Virus record (IMG/VR): IMGVR_UViG_3300028048_000001
Location: 96,001 to 160,000 of that record
Strand: one strand, 5' to 3'
Origin: a virus
Lineage: Duplodnaviria > Caudoviricetes
Length of the DNA: 64,000 bases
How positions within the stretch are numbered: position 1 is the stretch's first letter; each line of letters starts with the position of its first letter. This document shows positions 57,662 to 64,000 of this stretch, piece after piece. The notes under the pieces were generated by a model. The model was given only the letters and a program-made list of their open reading frames with translations. It ran no database searches and had not been told where the DNA came from. Made by a program: the position numbers and the translations under genes.

Positions 57662-59986
57662 TTATTCAAATTCATCTTCTCCTTTAGATTTTTGAATACT
57701 ACTATCTAAAGCAATTTGATCTTTAATCTTTTCAATTTCATCATCACTCATATAAGAAGGAATTAATTTTCTAATTAATCTCTTCTTAAATAAAGCTTTA
57801 GCTTCATCACTTTGTCCAGCCATTTCAACTTCAGTAATAGATTCAGCATATTGTACAGCACTATTAAGAAGCTGAGTTCCTTGTGTCATACTTAAGAATG
57901 CAGGAGGAGGTAATTGAACTTCAAGTGTAATATTTTCATCATATTCAAATCTATAAATTTTAGTAAAAACTTCAGATAAAAAATCTTCCATTTTAAGCTG
58001 CCTTTTTAAAACATTCCTAAGTAATTTAGCATTAGTCATAGTATATCTAACAGCAAAATCCATACCAGTAGAACTATTTACTATTTCTAATGGAACGCCT
58101 GTAGAATTAACAGCAGATTCTTCAAGATTAGCTTGTAAATCTGTTGGAAACTCAAATTGCTGGCCAGGCATTGTATCAAATTGAATAGGAGGATCTCCAG
58201 ATGGGCCCATAGGAATAACAAAATCATTAAATCTACCAACAATACCCAATATATTATTGACAGATTCCATTTGTCTTACTCCAAAGTTTCCTTTTTTTAT
58301 TGTAGTAATTACATTAAGTAATGATTGAGCAGTATTAGTATCAAGAGACTGTTTTACATAATAAACTCTTCTATCAAAGCCTCTTGTAGCCCAACCCAAT
58401 ACTGAAGTTAATGTAAGAGTAATCCACTGTTTAGCAGGTACTAAAGCATCCCAAAGATCTGATATTCCTCTATGAGTATCAGGATCTTCTTTAAATTTTA
58501 AATGATGAATATCATCAGAAGGAATGAATACAACATCCATATCTATAGTATGAGATATTTGATTATATTTATCATTAAATCTAAGAATTTTATAAATTTC
58601 TTCTTTTAAATCTGCATTAGAATTAATAAAAGCAGCATCTATCTTTTGAGAAATTTTTCCAGCTAATGTTCTTAACAATAAATTCTTTTGATTTTCTACA
58701 TCTTCATTAGTAGTAACTTGCGTAGAAATTTGTCCATTATTAAACATACCTGTTATAGAATTATATCCTTTTACATTACCACTAGCATTTAAATCTATAT
58801 TTTCGAATTGATTAAATTTAATATAATAAGCTCCAAACATTGTATCTTCAATATAAATAGGAATAATTTTATCATGTTTAATAGTTCTTAATACTGCGCC
58901 GTTTACTTTAACTTTTGTAGAATTTTGATTTTTATTTGCTATTAATCCATCAGCAGCAGATTTATCATCATCTTCCCATTCTAATTGATCATCTCTTACT
59001 GTTTTATCAAATTTTACAACTGTAGTATCTTTATTTAATTTTTCTAAATGATCAGCAAATTTATCATTAGTTTCATTGATAACAAAAGATTCTGATAATC
59101 CTTTTAAAAGTTCATTTCCAGAAGCTTTTTGTAAATATAAATTATTTTCTATTGCTTCTTTTAATACTTTTGATTTATCAAAATTAATTTTGATAATTGG
59201 TTCATTAGAATCTCCTGATTCCATTGTAACTGTAACAGGTAATTTTTTTATATCTTGATTAAACTCTTTTTTTGTTACAGATTCAGTAACAGAAAATGAT
59301 GTATTTTGTTTTCTTTTTAATAATTGTTCTAAAGCTGCAGAATATGGTACACAATACACAAATTCTTCTCCATATTTAGAAGTATCTTCATACCAAGTTT
59401 CAGCTTTATTAGAAAGATCATACTTTTTGATCATCTCATAAATATTATTTTGAATAGCAGCATTTTTATCAGATTGAGGATTTTCTCCTCTAGCATGAAC
59501 TTCAAGAAATTCTTTAGTATAAGAATCTGAGCATAAAACTGCGTCTCTTTTTATATCCAATGCTGCTTGAAGTTTAGTCATATATTTACATATAAGATCA
59601 AATTCATTATCTAATTCAGATATCCACTTAGTTTTTGAATATGCTTCCATCATAGAAGCAACCATATCTGTAGATTGAAAAAGAGAAGAAATATCATCTT
59701 CTCCACCACGACCAAAAGATTTATCTAATTTAGCTTGAGCAGAATTAGAATTATTTGTACTTTTTAAAAGTTTACGAAATAATCTAGATGTATTAGATAT
59801 GTTTTTATATTCTTCATCTTGTTGTGTAGATTTTCTAATAGCATCATCTAATTTATCTGTAACCTGGGATTTAAATTCTTCAGAAGTATCATTAGTATAA
59901 TATGTATTTGTATACAAATCATTAACTTTTTGTCTGAGAAGATCAAGAGATTTATTAATCTTTCTCTGATTTGCATTATCTGCCAT
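57662..59986 (-). CDS. Portal protein
   Basis: 774 aa; KYGEEFVY, RRVYYV (T4 gp20-like RRxxYx), TGVP; late motif at 60028. Confidence 0.75.
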   Translation of the reverse strand: MADNANQRKINKSLDLLRQKVNDLYTNTYYTNDTSEEFKSQVTDKLDDAIRKSTQQDEEYKNISNTSRLFRKLLKSTNNSNSAQAKLDKSFGRGGEDDISSLFQSTDMVASMMEAYSKTKWISELDNEFDLICKYMTKLQAALDIKRDAVLCSDSYTKEFLEVHARGENPQSDKNAAIQNNIYEMIKKYDLSNKAETWYEDTSKYGEEFVYCVPYSAALEQLLKRKQNTSFSVTESVTKKEFNQDIKKLPVTVTMESGDSNEPIIKINFDKSKVLKEAIENNLYLQKASGNELLKGLSESFVINETNDKFADHLEKLNKDTTVVKFDKTVRDDQLEWEDDDKSAADGLIANKNQNSTKVKVNGAVLRTIKHDKIIPIYIEDTMFGAYYIKFNQFENIDLNASGNVKGYNSITGMFNNGQISTQVTTNEDVENQKNLLLRTLAGKISQKIDAAFINSNADLKEEIYKILRFNDKYNQISHTIDMDVVFIPSDDIHHLKFKEDPDTHRGISDLWDALVPAKQWITLTLTSVLGWATRGFDRRVYYVKQSLDTNTAQSLLNVITTIKKGNFGVRQMESVNNILGIVGRFNDFVIPMGPSGDPPIQFDTMPGQQFEFPTDLQANLEESAVNSTGVPLEIVNSSTGMDFAVRYTMTNAKLLRNVLKRQLKMEDFLSEVFTKIYRFEYDENITLEVQLPPPAFLSMTQGTQLLNSAVQYAESITEVEMAGQSDEAKALFKKRLIRKLIPSYMSDDEIEKIKDQIALDSSIQKSKGEDEFE

Positions 59987-60114
59987 AATTCCATTAATCT
60001 CCTATATAGATTAGATTATAGTGATGTTTTTGCTATAATGAAATAGCAAAAAAAAGAAAAGGTGATTAACCTTTTCTTTTTAAAATAAAATAAAGAGAGG
60101 AATTTTTTCCTCTC

Positions 60115-60726
60115 TTATATAACAATTATATTACTATATATATCTGCTATTAATTTGAATTTGTTTTTATATAATGAATATCTAATAGTTTTTATATTAT
60201 TATCATTTTGGTTAATAATATAATTATAAATTTTAAGTCCTACTTTATCAGCTTTATTTAAATTAGTTATACTTTTACTAGCAGGAACCATAAAATTTTT
60301 TATACCATTAGATACATTTATATATCCTATTTCTGTATTAGAACTAACTACAGAAAAATTATTTATATTATAGCAATCATCTTCAGAGTATATACAGATA
60401 GTTTTATTATCTATATTATTATAAATATTAAAATACTTTATAGAATTATTACATTTAATATTAGATCCAAGAAAATATGTATTTTGAAATAAATTCATCA
60501 TACTATTTTCATCTTTTAATTTTAGTAAATCATTAATTCTAGCAGTAATCATAATATTAAATATAATAGGAATCTTAATTATATTTATAAAACTTTCATC
60601 ATCAGACATCATTATTATATATCCTGGAATATGGGTTACATATCCAGTAGTTCTTATAAATCCAGCAAATGATGTTATTATTGGATTTACATATTTACAA
60701 AAATCTATATATAGAGATGACTCCAT
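60115..60726 (-). CDS. Hypothetical protein coupled to the DNA polymerase gene
   Basis: TAATG overlap with the polymerase stop; AAGGAG RBS. Confidence 0.6.
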   Translation of the reverse strand: MESSLYIDFCKYVNPIITSFAGFIRTTGYVTHIPGYIIMMSDDESFINIIKIPIIFNIMITARINDLLKLKDENSMMNLFQNTYFLGSNIKCNNSIKYFNIYNNIDNKTICIYSEDDCYNINNFSVVSSNTEIGYINVSNGIKNFMVPASKSITNLNKADKVGLKIYNYIINQNDNNIKTIRYSLYKNKFKLIADIYSNIIVI

Positions 60727-62756
60727 TATAAAATAGCTCCTTTCTTAATATCTTCAATAATATTATTACTTATTGACTTGTCAAGAGCTATATCAAAAAT
60801 TATTGCAGAAGAAGCATTATAATTATTTTCTATAAAAGCTTGAGTCATTTTTGATTTGGTAAAATAAACAGCATCTTTAAGAGAAGTATCTATAGATGGT
60901 CCATTATTATAAGAATTAAAATTATAAAATTCTTTAATATCAGATTCTACATCATAAATATCTCCTAAATTAAGCCATCTCCAACAAAATTCTAAAATAT
61001 TAGATGTCATTAAATTATCTAAAAATTCACCACCACGAGAATATTTAACAGGATCATCATCATTACTAAACATATCTTGATGTTCATTACGAGAATAAGT
61101 TTTATTTATATCTGATTCGTCTTCAATAATTATTCTACCATATTGTGTATTTGGAGCCATGTTATTTTCAAGAACTATAGAAGGATAAAGTGAAGAATAA
61201 TCGAAATCAACACAATTTTCCATCAACATAGTTGGCTTATTATTAATATGATATGTAATATCAGGATTATTATGCAATGGATCTCCTACTTGAGCTCCCG
61301 TGAATTTTATATTAGGTTTTTCATTATATATATTTTTATTATTTCCTATAATATATCCATAATTATAAAAATCTTTAGCAAATCTATTTGCTAAATATAC
61401 ACTTTGTCTATGACATTTAGCATAGCTTGTATTATTAACTAAACATTTTGTAAATATATAATCACAATCTGCTGTTATTCTTTCTATACATTTTTGTACA
61501 ATTACGTCCATTATATTATAAAAACTAAATGTTTTAAAATCTATATATGGAAGCATATTAATATCTTTAGTTATATTAGAATAATCCAATTTTTTAACAT
61601 TTGCTACATCTTCTCCTATAGCATTAAGAGCAAAGGATGGATAAGCTCCTCTTCCTTTTCTTCTAGATGCAAATGTTATCATTTGATCATTCCAAACTGT
61701 ATGTGATGATATAGCTACAAAATCTCCTCTTTCTTCAAAATTATTTTTATTTCTTTCATCAACATAATATCTTAAAAATTTTGGAGAAATTCTTTTATCA
61801 CATATTACATCAAGTACATTTCCTTGAAGTTCATAAATTCTTGCCATTATATAAGTAAGGTCAAACGACATATTCCATATATTAATAAAATCTGGTTCTG
61901 TTTTATTGATAATATCAAACATCTTTTCTAACATTTCTAATTCATCTTTAAAAAAGACTATTTTATATTGCATATTATCAACACCATATTTTACAGCTTT
62001 TTTATATCCACCAACAGCATTAATTACAAAATCTTTTAATTCAGAAATTACATCTTTTTTAGAAAATAATCTTTTATATTCTTGTAATGCTGGATTTCTT
62101 GGATCATCAAATATAAATTGATATGTCGTATTATTTTCTTCATCACAATAAGCTATAGCATTTATTGGAACTTCTCCAGGTTCTGGAAAATCTCCCATAG
62201 CATAACGTCCATCTGTTTCTATATCAAGATAAGCTTTAGATAATTTAAATATATTATTAGGATAAGATAATCCGAATAAAAATCTATAATAATTTTCAAT
62301 ATTCATATCTGACATAAATATAGAAGGTATAGTATGTAATTTTTTATTCTCACTAAATATTTTATTATCTACATTATATTTATAATAATCCATCATATTA
62401 GTGACTTCTGCTATAGCTTGTAAAATATTAGAGTATTTACAAGTGTATGGTGTTACATATTCTTTAGGTATAAAGAATAATACATAATCTGTAGGTATGA
62501 TATCATCATTAAGCTTATAAAAAGTATATAATGGTTCATAAATTATATAAGTTTTCTTTTTCTCTTTTTTGTTATCTCTAAACAATATGAATATATAATC
62601 TTTTTCATATCTAGTATTTCCTTCTTCATCCTCTACTTTCTTTCTTGGTACATAAGATGTATTTAATACAGTTATATCGGACCCTTCTGGATATCCAGGA
62701 ATTAATAATTTATATTGTTCATTATTCAAAATAAAACTCTTTGGTTTTTTACTCAT
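60726..62756 (-). CDS. Family B DNA polymerase, exonuclease + motif A subunit (split polymerase)
   Basis: ExoI LDIETD, ExoII WNMSFD, ExoIII YNIMD, motif A DFDYSSLYPS; motifs B and C absent. Confidence 0.85.
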   Translation of the reverse strand: MSKKPKSFILNNEQYKLLIPGYPEGSDITVLNTSYVPRKKVEDEEGNTRYEKDYIFILFRDNKKEKKKTYIIYEPLYTFYKLNDDIIPTDYVLFFIPKEYVTPYTCKYSNILQAIAEVTNMMDYYKYNVDNKIFSENKKLHTIPSIFMSDMNIENYYRFLFGLSYPNNIFKLSKAYLDIETDGRYAMGDFPEPGEVPINAIAYCDEENNTTYQFIFDDPRNPALQEYKRLFSKKDVISELKDFVINAVGGYKKAVKYGVDNMQYKIVFFKDELEMLEKMFDIINKTEPDFINIWNMSFDLTYIMARIYELQGNVLDVICDKRISPKFLRYYVDERNKNNFEERGDFVAISSHTVWNDQMITFASRRKGRGAYPSFALNAIGEDVANVKKLDYSNITKDINMLPYIDFKTFSFYNIMDVIVQKCIERITADCDYIFTKCLVNNTSYAKCHRQSVYLANRFAKDFYNYGYIIGNNKNIYNEKPNIKFTGAQVGDPLHNNPDITYHINNKPTMLMENCVDFDYSSLYPSIVLENNMAPNTQYGRIIIEDESDINKTYSRNEHQDMFSNDDDPVKYSRGGEFLDNLMTSNILEFCWRWLNLGDIYDVESDIKEFYNFNSYNNGPSIDTSLKDAVYFTKSKMTQAFIENNYNASSAIIFDIALDKSISNNIIEDIKKGAIL

Positions 62757-62896
62757 TTTATTCTCTCCTAATTAATTAAAAATTATAGTAAAGTCGAGAA
62801 ATATATAATTTTTAATTTACAATACTTCTAAATAATTAAAATAGAATATTGATATATTTATCAATATTATAATATGTTTCCAAAAAGGAGTTTACA

Positions 62897-63928
62897 ATGA
62901 ATTTTCCTAATCCACCTTCTAATGGTAATAATATTTATATGGGACAAGCTTATACTACAGATGGTAAACCAATACAAACAGAAACTATTCCTCCGTCTTC
63001 TAATAATAATAAATCTACTTTAGGAGTAAATTTTTCTGGACTTATTGGAACTAATGTTCGTACTCCAATTGCTCCAATATCTGGACCTATTAATACTGAA
63101 AAAACTTCTCTTAAGAAAAAGAAAAAGGGAACCAAAGTAGTTGATCCTACAGATAAAAAAGATGATATAGATCCTACTAATTCTAGACAAGTTGTAGAAA
63201 ATACTGTTTATGCTGATTCTTATGCTACAACTAATAGAATGTCATATAATATTATTGCACAAGCAGATGAATTGCTTAAAGATTGTAAGCAAGATCTAGA
63301 TTTTATTAGATCTCAAAGAAATCTTAAAGGTAAATATCATTATACTAATGCTACTTTAGCAAGTATGAGTAGTTTATTAAGTACTAAATTAGCAGCTGTA
63401 AAAGAAATTAATAATACAATTAAATCTGTTAATGATATGGAATATAGAAGATTTAAAGATATGAGAGCTATAGATCAGGGTGATGATAATAAAGCTATTA
63501 TGGATGCATATAATGCTTATATTTCTGCTCCGATTGGTGCTCCTGCTTATAATCAACCATCTACTATGGACATAACAGCTGGATTAAATGGTATTATTAG
63601 AGGAGGAGTAGATAATGCTACTCAAAATAGTTTAGACTCTGGAATGGCTAATTATTTAGCAAATTTATCTCCTGAAGAAAATTTAATGCTTAATGATAAT
63701 AATCCCAATATAGAAGAAGTATTAATATATGATGAAGCAACAGGAGCTAGATTTTTCCAATGGGTTGATAGAAAAACTAATCAGCCTATTCCTAATATGC
63801 CAATAAGTTCTGAATTAACTGCTGCAGATTACAGTGTCGATGTGAATAGAAGAATTGCAAAAAATAATAATTTAAATGATACAAAAAGAGTTATTATAAA
63901 AAATAGTTCTAATATGTCAAGATTTTAA
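62897..63928 (+). CDS. Hypothetical protein
   Basis: AAGGAG RBS; terminator at ~63940-63970. Confidence 0.65.
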   Translation: MNFPNPPSNGNNIYMGQAYTTDGKPIQTETIPPSSNNNKSTLGVNFSGLIGTNVRTPIAPISGPINTEKTSLKKKKKGTKVVDPTDKKDDIDPTNSRQVVENTVYADSYATTNRMSYNIIAQADELLKDCKQDLDFIRSQRNLKGKYHYTNATLASMSSLLSTKLAAVKEINNTIKSVNDMEYRRFKDMRAIDQGDDNKAIMDAYNAYISAPIGAPAYNQPSTMDITAGLNGIIRGGVDNATQNSLDSGMANYLANLSPEENLMLNDNNPNIEEVLIYDEATGARFFQWVDRKTNQPIPNMPISSELTAADYSVDVNRRIAKNNNLNDTKRVIIKNSSNMSRF

Positions 63929-64000
63929 ATAATAAAAAAATAATAACGGGTTTTACCTGTTATTATTTTTTTATTTTAATCATTATATATCACCCCCTTC

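Noticed and set aside
1-64000. Stop-codon reassignment as in some gut jumbo phages
   Set aside because: Standard code 11 gives dense, full-length genes; the only breaks are explained by the intron and the GT2 indels
63930-64000. Minus-strand RBS + ATG at the window end
   Set aside because: Opens only a ~22-codon frame running through a terminator; the context is cut off by the window edge

Overview
AT-rich (roughly 25-30% GC by eye) segment of a jumbo myovirus of the phiKZ/AR9(PBS1)-like supergroup, probably infecting a Firmicute (strong GGAGG RBSs, SH3b-containing lytic transglycosylase). Core genes seen: portal, large terminase split by a group I intron, tail sheath and tube, baseplate-like and fibre proteins, two pieces of a split multisubunit RNA polymerase beta' (middle and C-terminal), the exonuclease/motif-A half of a split family B DNA polymerase, and RNase H. 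Two phage promoter classes can be read from the intergenic DNA. The most notable accessory features are: (1) a tandem array of five genes (16.1-20.8 kb) made almost entirely of a 26-aa repeat with fixed scaffold and hypervariable positions, whose repeat variants are shuffled between genes; (2) a ~200-nt candidate sRNA carrying anti-RBS/anti-start-codon segments; (3) a structurally complete group IA2-type intron lacking a canonical 5' splice-site U; (4) GT2 glycosyltransferase genes embedded among Thr/Ser-rich fibre genes; (5) a stand-alone response-regulator receiver. All assignments are from motif reading only; no database searches were run.
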